From: a virus
Virus record (IMG/VR): IMGVR_UViG_3300036761_001135
Location: 104,689 to 168,688 of that record
Length of the DNA: 64,000 nt
Strand: one strand, 5' to 3'
Shown: positions 9,501 to 20,404 of the stretch, piece after piece
How the letters are laid out: each line of letters opens with the position of its first letter
How positions within the stretch are numbered: the first letter of the stretch is position 1
The notes under the pieces: model-generated
Seen by the model: the letters and a program-made list of their open reading frames with translations, nothing else
Databases searched by the model: none
What the model was told of the DNA's origin: nothing
Translations under genes and position numbers: made by a program

Positions 9501-12500
9501 ATGGGCATTCAGTACGATAGCGCGAACAATCAGGTGGTCTTCAGCGGGGATGCCTACGTCAAGCGGGAGGCGGCGGGCGCGATCCGGTTGGGCAACGCCA
9601 GCACGGGCCTGGTGGCATCCGACCACGCGCTGTTCGCGGCGATCAGCACGCCGACAACGCCCGGATCGGGGCTGGGCCGCCTGTTTGCGAATGGGGCCGG
9701 GGCGAGTGACATCTACTGGCTGAACAGCGGTGGGGTGGCGGTCTCGCTCACGCAGTCGCAGACGTTCTCGACGCTACAAGGCGAGCCAACGGGCTTGCCG
9801 AATCGCACGGACTCGACGCTGTCGTTCAACAACACCACGCGGGAGTTCACGATTGCTCCAGCGGTGACGAGTTTCGACGTCTATTCGAAGGGCACCAAGT
9901 ACACCAAGAGTAGCGCCCAGACGGTGACGCTGACGGACGTGACAGGGCTGCACTATGTCTACTTCGACGCGAGCGGCGTGCTCCAGAAGGCGACCTCGAC
10001 GTGGGATCTCGGCGCGGGGATCTCGCCCGTGGCGACGGTGTACTGGAACACCGATCTGGACCAGGGGCGTATCGGCGAGGAGCGGCACGGCCTGGTCATG
10101 GACTGGGCCACCCATGACTACATGCACGAGACGCTGGGGTCTCGCTATGTGAACGGGCTCGGCGGTAGTTTCACGAACACCACGTTCACGATCACGGACG
10201 GCGTGTATCGAGACGAGGACATCCGTCATGTGCCCGGTCAGCAGACGCAGTGTCGGGTGTTTCGGCGCGATGGGAGTGGGAACTGGACCTGGGGTAGCAA
10301 GGGCACGCTGTACTACGTGGTTCAGAACACGCACCTGACCTACGACAACGGCGGCACGCTGACCGAGACGAACAGCAACGACTACGTGGCGGTTTGGTTC
10401 TTCGTGACGAACGATCCCGAGACGCCGATCTACGTGATCATGGGGCAGCGCAAGGACGGCAACATCGCCGATGCGCGCAACAACAACACCTACGACCAGT
10501 TGAGCCTGACCAATCTCCCAGCCAAGGAGTTCAAGGTGCTGTATCGCGTCATACTGCGGGACGACGCGAGTCCCTACGAGGAGGCGCAGGATCTGCGCAG
10601 CCTGGCGGTGGTGTCCTCGGGGACGTATGTGGCGACAGACCACAACAGCCTCACGAATCGCACCGTGCTGGGGTCGCATCCGGCGAGCGCGATCACGGTG
10701 GATGTGGGAGCGTTCACGGGCTTCTTGACGGGGACCACCAGCGGGCAGACCGCGTTTGCGACGTTGGACACGCACACGCATGCGCCGCCCACGGGCGATA
10801 CCAAGGTAATCTACAACGACGGCGGGGCGTGGGCCGCAGCGAACGTCTACTACACCAAGGCCAATGGGTATCTCGGTGTGGGCCAGGCCACGCCGGGCGA
10901 GCGCCTGCACCTCAAGGACGGGTCGGATAACGGCGCGGTAGTGCTCGGGGCGCACCAGAACGCGACGGCCATCGCAGGCACCGTGGAGTGGACGGGGACG
11001 GCGCTGCGCTGGTACGACGGGTCGACTTGGAAGAGTGCGGGCATCGAGCTGACCGATCCGTTGCTGTACAAGGGGGCCATCGACTGCTCGACGAATCCCA
11101 ACTATCCGGCAGCGGACGCGGGGTTCACCTACCGCATCAGCGTGGCGGGCAAGATCGGCGGGGCCAGCGGGCCGAACGTCGAGGCGGGCGACATGCTGGT
11201 CTGCCATGTGGATGGGTCCGCAGCGGGCACCCACGCTGTTGTGGGGGCCAACTGGGACATCCTCCAGATCAATTTGGACGGGTCGGTGATCGGCCCGACG
11301 AGCGCGACGGATTCGGCAGTAGCGCTGTTCGATTCGACGACGGGGAAGTTGATCAAGAACTCGTTGGTCACGATTGACGGGAGCGGGTCGGTCAACATTC
11401 CCAGCGGGCAGAGCTACAAGATCAATGGGACCGCGTTGACGGCGGCGAACGTGGGGGCGGAACCGACGTTGCCGTTGAGTACGCGAGGGGATCTGCTCTA
11501 CCGCAACGCGAGCAACGTGACGGCGCGGTTAGCTGTGGGGACGAACGAGCAGGTGATCACGACGAACGGGACCGACGCCTCTTGGGGGGCGGTGCCAGGG
11601 CGGCACGATGCCGTGACGTTGGCGACGTCAGCAACGACGGGTGGGCTTGGCCTGTCTACGCAGGAGATCAGCTTCCAGGCGGCGTCAGGGTCCACGAACG
11701 GGTATCTGACGAGCACCAACTGGACCACGTTCAACAGTAAGGTGAGCGGGGCGGCGGGTAGCAACACTGAAATTCAGTACAACAGTAGCGGCGCGTTCGC
11801 GGCGAGTTCCAATCTGGTGTGGGACAACGGGAATGTGCGGCTAGGCATCGGTGGGGCGCCGCAGGCGACGTTGGACGTGCAGGCGGCCTCGGCGTGGATT
11901 CGGGCCATGGGATCGACGAACCCGTACATTTCAGCCCAGGACACGACCAACAGTTGCGTGGCGAAGATCCAGGCGTTGGATACAGCCGTTTCCGTGGGCG
12001 CACAGAGCGACCATGAGGTGCGCTTCATCGTGAACAACGCGGCGAAGATGTACCTCACGACGACGGGCCGGTTAGGGATCAACGTCGCCGCGCCCTCGTA
12101 CATCCTGCACACGTCGGTCGATGGGCGTGGCGACGTCCAGTTCGACGCGCACAGCGCCTCGGACGATGGGACGTTCTTGTGGTTGCGGCGGAGCGGCGGC
12201 ACGCAGGCGAGTCCGGCAGCGGTGCCATCGGGGCATCGGCTGGGGAACATCGCCTTCGCAGGGTACTATGATGCGTCCAATTCGAGCTGGGGTGCCGTGA
12301 TCCAGTCCATGGCCTACGGGCTGTGGTCGGCTACGAATCGCGGAGCCTGCCTGCAATTCTACACGACGACGACGGGCACGACCGCGCTGACCGAGCGCAT
12401 GCGGATCATCGACAGCGGGTACGTGGGGATCGGAGCCACCGCGCCTGACGCGAAGTTGCAGGTTGGAACTTGGATCGAGAACAACACCGTTGGCAATACG

Positions 12501-14225
12501 CCGACCGTTTTGTTTTGGGGAAATTCTCCTATGTCCGCGACCTCGGAGACGGTGTTGCGCTTGCAGCGTCCTGTGGCGTCTGGCGTGACCTATGGAGGCG
12601 GTGCGGATTTCAATATTTACAGGTACACCACTGGAACGACAGCTCCATACACGCAGATGGATATCGCGCTGAAGGATGCCGTCTCGTACACGCAGACGGC
12701 CACGGTCAACGTGATCTCCATGCGAGATACCGGGGCAGTAGGCATCGGCAACATTACGCCAGACACGTTGCTCACTTTGGGCACGGCGGGCACGAAGGCG
12801 GGCGTGATCAAGATCGCGGGCGGGACCAGTGGGGCGTGTACGGTGCGTGTCGCAGCGGCGGCGGGAAGCGGCACGATCTTCGAGTTACCCGCGACCAATG
12901 GCACCAACGGATATTTCCTCAAGACGGACGGAACGGGCGTGACCAGTTGGGCGGCGGCGGGGAGCGGGGGAACGCCAGGTGGTAGTGACACCTATGTGCA
13001 GTTCAACAACTCCAGTGCCTTTGGCGGTGACTCGAATTTCATCTGGGATAACACCAATAAGCGTGTGGGCGTGGGCGTGGCAACCACGCTGAATTATGAA
13101 ATCCAGATCACGAAGGATTCGGCTGCGGCATCTTTTGCGGCATACGCTTTTGGTTCGACAGCGACTTATGTTCCAGAGATAAGGATGTTTCGGGCGCGTG
13201 GATCGTATGCGAGTCCGAGTGCTGTCTCTACCGGAGATGTACTTGGTCATTGGGGAGCATCAGGTTATGGAACTTCGTATTATATTCATACAGGGTCAAT
13301 AGAGTTCATTGCTCGTGGTACGTATTCGTCTTCGTCTGGTTCTACCACTTTGCGTTTTATGAAGTCGCTAAGTGGTGCTGCTAGTGAATCATCTTATTTG
13401 CTCCACAACGTGGATAATCAGGCATTGTATACTTTAGAGGCGTATACATCTTATGACAGTTTCACTTTGAGCATGTCTTCGACTGAGTTTTTGCGTCCCA
13501 CAGTAGTAGCACAACGTACATGGGGTGGTACTACTAGTGCGGCGCGGGATGCAGCACTGATTGCGGTACATGGGTCGTCTTCGACAGCGAATGAGGGTGG
13601 ATGGTTTTGGGCGATGCGATCTAGCGGGTTGACCTCGCGCAGTATCGTCACCAATGGCGATTCAGTGGGTGGTATCCAGGGGATCGCCTATTCGGGCAAT
13701 TCGACGTATCCATGGGTTCGCGTGGGTTCAATTGCGTTTGAGATGGACGGAACGTTGAGCACGACTGCGATGCCAAGTCGGATTACGTTCTGGACGGTGG
13801 CGTCGGGTGGAATTGTGTTGTCGGAGCGCATTCGAATAGACAACGCGGGTAAGTTATATTCATATCAGATGTATAGTGGGTACACGATTGGTGGAACCAA
13901 CAAGGCGGTGTACGTCGATTCGACAGGGATGGTTGGCGTCCTTTCATCTTCTCTTCGGACCAAACAGGACGTCGTGGACATGGAGGACGTTGAGTGGATA
14001 GACCGGCTGCATCCGGTGAATTTCTGCTATCGGTCGACGCCTGGGGTGAAGCAGTATGGCCTGATCGCGGAAGAGGTCGAGGGCGTGAACCGGGACATCG
14101 TCGGGTACGACTGGGAGGGGCTACCGGATAGCGTGAATTACGACAGGCTCGTTCCGGTGCTGCTCAAGGCAGTCAAGGATCTTCGGGGCGAGGTGCAACG
14201 ATTACGGGCAGAACTGTTGCCATAG
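9501..14225 (+). CDS. Tail fibre protein with C-terminal intramolecular chaperone (Peptidase_S74)
   Basis: 1574 aa; C-terminal SSLRTKQD..LHPVNF..GLIAEEV..VNYDRLVPVLLKAVKDL. Confidence 0.9.
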   Translation: MGIQYDSANNQVVFSGDAYVKREAAGAIRLGNASTGLVASDHALFAAISTPTTPGSGLGRLFANGAGASDIYWLNSGGVAVSLTQSQTFSTLQGEPTGLPNRTDSTLSFNNTTREFTIAPAVTSFDVYSKGTKYTKSSAQTVTLTDVTGLHYVYFDASGVLQKATSTWDLGAGISPVATVYWNTDLDQGRIGEERHGLVMDWATHDYMHETLGSRYVNGLGGSFTNTTFTITDGVYRDEDIRHVPGQQTQCRVFRRDGSGNWTWGSKGTLYYVVQNTHLTYDNGGTLTETNSNDYVAVWFFVTNDPETPIYVIMGQRKDGNIADARNNNTYDQLSLTNLPAKEFKVLYRVILRDDASPYEEAQDLRSLAVVSSGTYVATDHNSLTNRTVLGSHPASAITVDVGAFTGFLTGTTSGQTAFATLDTHTHAPPTGDTKVIYNDGGAWAAANVYYTKANGYLGVGQATPGERLHLKDGSDNGAVVLGAHQNATAIAGTVEWTGTALRWYDGSTWKSAGIELTDPLLYKGAIDCSTNPNYPAADAGFTYRISVAGKIGGASGPNVEAGDMLVCHVDGSAAGTHAVVGANWDILQINLDGSVIGPTSATDSAVALFDSTTGKLIKNSLVTIDGSGSVNIPSGQSYKINGTALTAANVGAEPTLPLSTRGDLLYRNASNVTARLAVGTNEQVITTNGTDASWGAVPGRHDAVTLATSATTGGLGLSTQEISFQAASGSTNGYLTSTNWTTFNSKVSGAAGSNTEIQYNSSGAFAASSNLVWDNGNVRLGIGGAPQATLDVQAASAWIRAMGSTNPYISAQDTTNSCVAKIQALDTAVSVGAQSDHEVRFIVNNAAKMYLTTTGRLGINVAAPSYILHTSVDGRGDVQFDAHSASDDGTFLWLRRSGGTQASPAAVPSGHRLGNIAFAGYYDASNSSWGAVIQSMAYGLWSATNRGACLQFYTTTTGTTALTERMRIIDSGYVGIGATAPDAKLQVGTWIENNTVGNTPTVLFWGNSPMSATSETVLRLQRPVASGVTYGGGADFNIYRYTTGTTAPYTQMDIALKDAVSYTQTATVNVISMRDTGAVGIGNITPDTLLTLGTAGTKAGVIKIAGGTSGACTVRVAAAAGSGTIFELPATNGTNGYFLKTDGTGVTSWAAAGSGGTPGGSDTYVQFNNSSAFGGDSNFIWDNTNKRVGVGVATTLNYEIQITKDSAAASFAAYAFGSTATYVPEIRMFRARGSYASPSAVSTGDVLGHWGASGYGTSYYIHTGSIEFIARGTYSSSSGSTTLRFMKSLSGAASESSYLLHNVDNQALYTLEAYTSYDSFTLSMSSTEFLRPTVVAQRTWGGTTSAARDAALIAVHGSSSTANEGGWFWAMRSSGLTSRSIVTNGDSVGGIQGIAYSGNSTYPWVRVGSIAFEMDGTLSTTAMPSRITFWTVASGGIVLSERIRIDNAGKLYSYQMYSGYTIGGTNKAVYVDSTGMVGVLSSSLRTKQDVVDMEDVEWIDRLHPVNFCYRSTPGVKQYGLIAEEVEGVNRDIVGYDWEGLPDSVNYDRLVPVLLKAVKDLRGEVQRLRAELLP

Positions 14226-14304
14226 CAGGAGAGACACTGGTCTATTGAAAACGTGGCGCAATAGAATGGCTGCGTGATAACGTGGCGCAAGATGTCGGAG
14301 GTGT

Positions 14305-14562
14305 GTGATGAGTTGGAGCGCAAGCGAGAAGAAGTGGGCCGAGGAGATGCTGCGTGGTTTTTACAGCGGCATGTCGAGTCAACCGGTGACGGCGCAGGAC
14401 ATCGACACGTTGGTGTTTGGGGCCGTCGAGGTGGATCGCAAGGCTGTGGCGACGGCCTACGCGCAGACCGTCATCAAGCCGCGCCTAGAGAACAGCCTGA
14501 CGGCGTTGGACGATCAGGCGGCGGTGGTAGAGGTAGAGATTGCGGAGATCCCGTCCTCTTGA
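14305..14562 (+). CDS. Hypothetical protein
   Basis: GGAGG RBS, 85 aa. Confidence 0.6.
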   Translation: MMSWSASEKKWAEEMLRGFYSGMSSQPVTAQDIDTLVFGAVEVDRKAVATAYAQTVIKPRLENSLTALDDQAAVVEVEIAEIPSS

Positions 14563-14608
14563 AATGGGGGGTCGGACGTTGGTGCAAGATGCACGTTGAA
14601 AGGGTGAG

Positions 14609-15106
14609 TTGATGAAGTTGAAGAACGAGTTGTGTTTCGAGGGTGACGCGGTGATGGCAAAGGTCGAGAAGGTGAAGAACGTGCCAGTGGCCTGGGCCAT
14701 GGCTCGAAACAGGGAGAAGTTGGAGAAGCCGTTGGCGGACGTGCGCAAGATGCTAGAGAGCACGGCGGCGATGAAGGCGTTGAATGAGGCGATCCAGAAG
14801 GCGGCGGAGGCGCACGCGGAGAAGAACGCGGACGGCAAGCCGAAGACCGAGATCGCGGATGATCGTGTGATGATGCGGTTGGCGGACACGGCGGGGTACA
14901 CGGCGGCGGTGGAGGCCCTGCGGGCGTCTGAGGAGCACGCACAGGCCCTCGTGGACGAGAAGGAACTGAAGGAAAAAGAAACGGCCCTGCTGGCCGAGAC
15001 TATCGACTGGGAGCCGTACAAGCTCAAGGTGGAGCGTTTGAAGGACGGCGACATGGACGGCGCGCAGATGCGCGTGCTGTTCAAGATGGGCATTTTGGAG
15101 GAGTAG
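14609..15106 (+). CDS. Hypothetical charged helical protein (possible fibre assembly factor)
   Basis: 165 aa, Lys/Glu-rich, strong GC3 bias, follows the fibre genes. Confidence 0.75.
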   Translation: MMKLKNELCFEGDAVMAKVEKVKNVPVAWAMARNREKLEKPLADVRKMLESTAAMKALNEAIQKAAEAHAEKNADGKPKTEIADDRVMMRLADTAGYTAAVEALRASEEHAQALVDEKELKEKETALLAETIDWEPYKLKVERLKDGDMDGAQMRVLFKMGILEE

Positions 15107-15131
15107 CGCAAACCACAAAGGAGGCGACGCC

Positions 15132-15455
15132 ATGGATCTAGTGAGCATCCTGATTACGCCACAGGTGTTGGCCATTGCGGCGGCGACGGTAGCGTTGATC
15201 TATTTCCTTGGCCAGATTCCGTTTCGGCGTAGCAAGTTAGTCAATGCTCGTTGGTGGCGTCGTCTCCTTCCACTTTTGCCGTTGGCCATGGGCGTTGGGA
15301 TGGCGTTTTTGCCGGGGGTGTTACCGGCGGACGTGGCGCTGTCCAAGGGCTGGGGAACCAACGTCCTTGTGGGGCTATGGTCGGGCCTGGTAGCATCGCA
15401 GGGGCGCGCTGTATTCAAGCGTCTTGTTGTGGATAAGCTCGAACCCAAGGAGTAG
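15132..15455 (+). CDS. Putative holin-like membrane protein
   Basis: 107 aa, about 3 hydrophobic segments, charged C-terminus, AGGAGG RBS. Confidence 0.55.
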   Translation: MDLVSILITPQVLAIAAATVALIYFLGQIPFRRSKLVNARWWRRLLPLLPLAMGVGMAFLPGVLPADVALSKGWGTNVLVGLWSGLVASQGRAVFKRLVVDKLEPKE

Positions 15456-15497
15456 TCCTGGGGTCGATTACCCTGTACGCGGAAGGAATAGGGACAC

Positions 15498-17561
15498 ATG
15501 ACGACCCTCAAGGAAATCTCCATTCCAGAGAATCAACTGAAGCTGCGGTGGCGCGAGCCCTATGTGACGGACGGCACCAACAAGGCGTTGGCGGTGTTGG
15601 ATCCGGGGGCGTACAGGGGCGGGTACGCACGGGAGACGGACCCGATCAGCACGTCGTTCCGCATTACGGCGGAGGGCGAGCAGGACAATTCTTTCTTGTG
15701 GGTGGACAAGGCCACGGGGACGGCGTTGTCGATACTGTACGGCACGGACGTGCTGGTCGATATGGCACCGCAGTTCTCCGGGCCTGGAGGCACGTTGCCG
15801 AGCGCGCAGACTTGGTACGTCTGGTTGGATTGTTCTTACAGCGTGGGTGTGGCGACCACGGGCAAGTTCTACGTGACGACTACGGCTCCGACCAGCGCGA
15901 ATGCGGTGAAGATCGCTCGCATCAACATGCCGAGCGGGGTGATGAGCATTTTGACCAGCTACATCGACTGGTCCACCTCGTACCGCACGGTGGCGCATGT
16001 GGATCGGCCGCTATTGATCGCGAAGGCCGTGACGAAGTCGGTCTCCACCAACAAGTTCCAACTCTCGGGCAAGGTGTACCTGCCTGCTGGCACGGCCAAC
16101 TGGGCGACGCGGGATTTCTATATCAATCTGCTGGGCGGATTGGGTCTGACCCGTTGGGCCTATGCAGGGGACGACGGGGCGCTGATCTGGGTTAAGAACG
16201 TGTGGGCGGACAGCGGCCTATCGGTGGCGGTTGGATCCGATTCCGAGGGGTTTATTGAAGATCCTTGGATCGAGCTGGACGTCTCGCAGACGACGGATCC
16301 AACTCCTCCGATGTGTTATGTGCGGTACTGGACGCGAGGGACGATGCGCGACCTCGTGTTGGACGATCAGATCAAGTCGGACTGGTTGCCGCACGATCAT
16401 GCGCTTTTGGTATCGACGCGGGCGAAGGCTGGGTATCCGACTTCTCTCACGGCGGGGTCTGCACAGTCGCAGATCGAGGCGTTGCTGACGGCGGTTAATG
16501 AGCGGATTAGCGCGAAAGCACCAGAGTCGGCACCTGCCAGTCCGGTGTTGCTGTGGCGGTCGCACAACATCGCCAGCGACGCTCTGGTGACGGGCACGAC
16601 GATCAGCATCTACTGGGGCACCAACCTGGGCTTTGCGGTCATCGTGGGCGGGTACATCTCAGGGGGCAACGCGGTGCGGGCGCTGGTCAGCCCGGGGGAC
16701 ACGATGGTCCTGCTGCGCCTGCATGGGAACCTGGGGGCGGGGCCGGAGCTGCTGTCGAGTCCGGCGGCGGCGGGGGCCACGAGAGCTTGGAACATCGTGA
16801 CCGACTGGACGGCGGGGCTGTACACGACAGATTTCTTCGGGGCTCCGCTGTTCAAGATGCCTGCGTTGATTGCGGAGATCCTCTTTGTGACCATGGGGAT
16901 TACCCTGGACAGCTCGACGCTGTTGCTCACCAATCATGAGAGCTACATCTCTGGAAATCAGCCGGGCGTTGGTGGTCTGGACACCTACTGCAAGTTGTTC
17001 GAGTCTGCTGGGCTCGTGGTCAAGATGCGTTTGTACTACGGAAGTGGATATTTTTATATCACGTACAACGCGGAGTGGGTGCAGTCATCGGGAGGGTGGT
17101 ATGAAGACGATGATGGCGTAAATGCGATGGCGGTAGGCGTTAGCCTATACGATGGTGGTCCAGCACTGAAGGTCAGGACGAAGCGCAAGGTAAACTTTGG
17201 AGCTGGGTGGACGGATTGGGATTCTGATTTGATGTATGGTGGAGATGTAGATGGATATTGTCGTGTGGCTCCAGTTGTGTCTGGAAATTACAAGGACATA
17301 TGCAAGTGGTGTTTGTCGATTGCACCTGTTGCTGGAGCTGATGGAGTTTCTGCGCTCACGGCAGTTACTTATCATGCTGCGATCCCGACAATTCCAAACC
17401 TTTCCTCTGTAGACGTCATAGATTCATATGGAACATGGGGATTAACACCGACGATTCTTCCAGATAGCATAGATGAGTATGGTCTTATGATTTATGGAAC
17501 TGGAACGAGGCGTGCTGATGTAACGATTTGGTCGCATGGAAACGTGCGTATATTCGAATGA
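15498..17561 (+). CDS. Virion (baseplate/fibre-associated) protein
   Basis: 687 aa of beta-rich composition, between the fibre and baseplate genes. Confidence 0.7.
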   Translation: MTTLKEISIPENQLKLRWREPYVTDGTNKALAVLDPGAYRGGYARETDPISTSFRITAEGEQDNSFLWVDKATGTALSILYGTDVLVDMAPQFSGPGGTLPSAQTWYVWLDCSYSVGVATTGKFYVTTTAPTSANAVKIARINMPSGVMSILTSYIDWSTSYRTVAHVDRPLLIAKAVTKSVSTNKFQLSGKVYLPAGTANWATRDFYINLLGGLGLTRWAYAGDDGALIWVKNVWADSGLSVAVGSDSEGFIEDPWIELDVSQTTDPTPPMCYVRYWTRGTMRDLVLDDQIKSDWLPHDHALLVSTRAKAGYPTSLTAGSAQSQIEALLTAVNERISAKAPESAPASPVLLWRSHNIASDALVTGTTISIYWGTNLGFAVIVGGYISGGNAVRALVSPGDTMVLLRLHGNLGAGPELLSSPAAAGATRAWNIVTDWTAGLYTTDFFGAPLFKMPALIAEILFVTMGITLDSSTLLLTNHESYISGNQPGVGGLDTYCKLFESAGLVVKMRLYYGSGYFYITYNAEWVQSSGGWYEDDDGVNAMAVGVSLYDGGPALKVRTKRKVNFGAGWTDWDSDLMYGGDVDGYCRVAPVVSGNYKDICKWCLSIAPVAGADGVSALTAVTYHAAIPTIPNLSSVDVIDSYGTWGLTPTILPDSIDEYGLMIYGTGTRRADVTIWSHGNVRIFE

Positions 17562-17571
17562 GAGGTGATCC

Positions 17572-17937
17572 ATGTTCATGAGCAGATTAACTGCAAATAG
17601 TATTACTGCGAAGTGCATGGCGTGTGAAACGTGGAGCGATTATGCACTATCGGATCTGAAGGCGGCAAATCGGTCGGTGTCGTTTCCAACCTGTCCGTCG
17701 TGTCAGAAGTCTACGATGCAGGTGAATGTCATCCCTGGTCCGATCACAAAATCCGGCGATCCGGCGCTATCTCAGTCGTGGATCAAGGCGTTGCACCGAC
17801 AGCTCATCGTTGCGGGTCATACGGCAGATATCTACAGCGCGGAGAAGGTGGCCTTAAACGCCCATGAGGGTGCTGTCGAATGGCCGACTGGCGATGCTGT
17901 GGTGGATTTCGTCGTGACGCCAGTGAGCGAGCCATAG
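17572..17937 (+). CDS. Small Zn-ribbon protein
   Basis: CMAC...CPSC; GAGGTG RBS. Confidence 0.65.
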   Translation: MFMSRLTANSITAKCMACETWSDYALSDLKAANRSVSFPTCPSCQKSTMQVNVIPGPITKSGDPALSQSWIKALHRQLIVAGHTADIYSAEKVALNAHEGAVEWPTGDAVVDFVVTPVSEP

Positions 17938-17940
17938 AGG

Positions 17941-17954
17941 CGAACCCGGGTTCG
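17941..17954. repeat. Dispersed palindrome copy 3
   Basis: CGAACCCGGGTTCG, intergenic. Confidence 0.9.
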
Positions 17955-17968
17955 CGTGCAGGTGCAGA

Positions 17969-20389
17969 ATGACGGACGATCCAGGAAGCGGATTCTTTGG
18001 CAAGGGATATTGGGGGCGGCGTGTGCTGTGGGAGAACGTCCCTGTGCAGCATCGCAACCTCGACGTAGACGGATACCTTCAGCGGCTTTTGCAGGCGTAT
18101 GGGGACACATTGGAGTCGTTCATCGCGCAGATCGCGGCGCTCCCGTTTCAGCGAGATCCATTTGATGCCAGGGCGGAAGAAAACCAAGAAGAGTGGTTTT
18201 ACGTCACGGCCGCAGAGCGCTACACGGACCCGGTGCGAGGGGCGGTGACGCGTTTGATTGGAGAGCGAGATCCGTCGGAGAGTCCGGGCGCGGAGAATCC
18301 TTCCATGCCGGGACCGTCGGAGCGATATCCGTGGGATCCATACGAGCCGATACAGCGGATTGCCAGATGGTGGAAGTCCATCATTCCGACTGTGGACGAG
18401 GCGACTGGGACAGAGGATCCGACCGAGTACGCGGTGGCGATGGTGCGGGCTCGCAACTTCGACGCTGGAGATCTGTACGACGTAGATCGGTCCATTGGGA
18501 ACGAGGTATGGGTGGAGGGTGGCGACCTGACGTTGCCGATGTCCTTGCCCGCTGGCTGGCTCGTGTATGGCCCAACGATGCCGGGTGTGCCTGTGGGGTT
18601 AGGGGACGGAACTGGGACGCCATCTGTGGCCATCCCTGGGCTTCACACGCGGTTTGAGCATGGGGACGGCACGGTGGCTGGCGCGTGTGTAGTGCTGGAC
18701 GTGCCGACTCCGACTGTTTTGAGGCTGTACGACAAGCCTGATGCGCCTGCGACGCTTGAGACCGGGGTGTTGTACCGCGAGGATCCGTTGGTTCCTGGAT
18801 CGCTGGATCTTGTGAATCCGCTTGGTACGGTGGACTACTTCGGCGGCACGGTGGCCATTGATTTGTCGTCTCTTGTTTTGGCGTCGCACATACAGGGTGT
18901 CATTCGGGCGTTCTGGCAGGCGCGAGGGGTTTACTTGAGGTTTCTTCCTCCTCGCGTGTTGGACGTGCTTGCCAAGGACTACGGCTTTGAGAACGACCGG
19001 AACGATCCCGAGGACAGGCAGCGGGTGGCGATTGCGCATTTGCACCAATATTACGGTGTGAAAGGCGCGCAAGAAGCGTATCGAATTCGTGGAGAAATCA
19101 GCCTGTTCAAGGTCGAGGTGCAATCCTTGTGGCGCGTCTGCGATGCCGACTTGATCCTGGCGCTGCCAGAGGAGCACAGGTTTGAGTATGGCGGTCTGTT
19201 TTATTCGGATTTGACCCCGGTCATGCTGACCTTTGACGACATCGTGGCGGACGAGGAATACTACGATCCTGACGCGGCGGATTGGGTGACACTGCTGGAC
19301 CGCGCGTTGCTGTATCAGTCCGATTCTTTCACGAGTGGCATGTCGCCGGCGTTGGCCTATGCAGTGGACGTGACGCAGGGGTATGAAGGGCCTGTGTCGT
19401 CTACGAATCCGGCTTTACGTGGCGCGGCCACGGTGGATAGCAGTACGCCATTGACGGCGGCCGAGGCGTTGGCGATGGGATTGCCAGGTGGCCATCGCGT
19501 GGTTGTTAGGATGTTGCGCTGCCAGGCGGACGCCTTCAACTTTCGCAAGACGGCCTTCGGGCTGACGGAATATGACGCGTCGGAGTCTGAGCCACCGCTG
19601 TTGTCGGACCCAGTTTTTTGGATCGACCGAGAGGAGATTCCGTGGACGTTTGACGTGGCGGGATCGACACCGGAAGAGGACATCGGCCTTTGGACGATCA
19701 TCATCGGCGTTGGGCTGGACGGGTCTGGGGATCCGCTTCCTGGTCCCGTGGTAGGCGGTGACGTGGCGGTGCGCTACGCGCCTGGAATGTCGATTAGTTG
19801 TTGTTGGTGCCCGAGCTATCGAGTGCGCGTGAGAATCGAGCCGTGGGAGGCACCAGACGGGACGTTCCCGGCCTACGCGCATTACGAGACGGACGCGGCG
19901 ATGCAGGCGGCGGTAGATCGTCTCAAGGGAAAGATTCTCGACCAGCTTTTGCCGATCCATGTGCGCGTGGCCGAGTGGGTTGTCACCACTGAGTGGTCGG
20001 TGTTCATGGGTGGAATTCATGGCGGTGTGACGAGAACGTGGGACATCGTTGGCGAGTTTGCTGGGATGTCTGCTCGTGACGTGGTGCGTGTGACGTTGGA
20101 GCAGCGTGGGGATTTGTTGGCGGTTGGAAAGACGCAGGAGATCTGGGCGCATATGTTACCGGCTGACGTGGCGTTGGTTCCTGCCGTGAATACTGGTTCT
20201 GTGCAGAGTGGGTACGCCGATCCAGACACTTGGTATCCGGTGGCAGGCTGGGAAGATGTGGATGTCACGGATTCGGTGGCTAGCTCGCCTGCGGATCATG
20301 ATTTGCGGTTGAAGGCGAGCGCGGATGGGAGCGTAACCTACGGTGACGTTCGGTGGACATTCCGAGTGACACATAGCACGCTGGGTTAG
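17969..20389 (+). CDS. Baseplate wedge / P2 gpI-like tail protein (expanded)
   Basis: LDVLAKDYGF..QRVAI..YYGVKG and C-terminal LLPIHV motifs typical of gpI-like proteins. Confidence 0.6.
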   Translation: MTDDPGSGFFGKGYWGRRVLWENVPVQHRNLDVDGYLQRLLQAYGDTLESFIAQIAALPFQRDPFDARAEENQEEWFYVTAAERYTDPVRGAVTRLIGERDPSESPGAENPSMPGPSERYPWDPYEPIQRIARWWKSIIPTVDEATGTEDPTEYAVAMVRARNFDAGDLYDVDRSIGNEVWVEGGDLTLPMSLPAGWLVYGPTMPGVPVGLGDGTGTPSVAIPGLHTRFEHGDGTVAGACVVLDVPTPTVLRLYDKPDAPATLETGVLYREDPLVPGSLDLVNPLGTVDYFGGTVAIDLSSLVLASHIQGVIRAFWQARGVYLRFLPPRVLDVLAKDYGFENDRNDPEDRQRVAIAHLHQYYGVKGAQEAYRIRGEISLFKVEVQSLWRVCDADLILALPEEHRFEYGGLFYSDLTPVMLTFDDIVADEEYYDPDAADWVTLLDRALLYQSDSFTSGMSPALAYAVDVTQGYEGPVSSTNPALRGAATVDSSTPLTAAEALAMGLPGGHRVVVRMLRCQADAFNFRKTAFGLTEYDASESEPPLLSDPVFWIDREEIPWTFDVAGSTPEEDIGLWTIIIGVGLDGSGDPLPGPVVGGDVAVRYAPGMSISCCWCPSYRVRVRIEPWEAPDGTFPAYAHYETDAAMQAAVDRLKGKILDQLLPIHVRVAEWVVTTEWSVFMGGIHGGVTRTWDIVGEFAGMSARDVVRVTLEQRGDLLAVGKTQEIWAHMLPADVALVPAVNTGSVQSGYADPDTWYPVAGWEDVDVTDSVASSPADHDLRLKASADGSVTYGDVRWTFRVTHSTLG

Positions 20390-20404
20390 ATAGAGGAGGT
20401 TGGC

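Noticed and set aside
8090-12960. Duplicated fibre block as a DGR template/variable repeat pair
   Set aside because: Both copies are in-frame internal coding, differences are not adenine-specific, and there is no reverse transcriptase in the window
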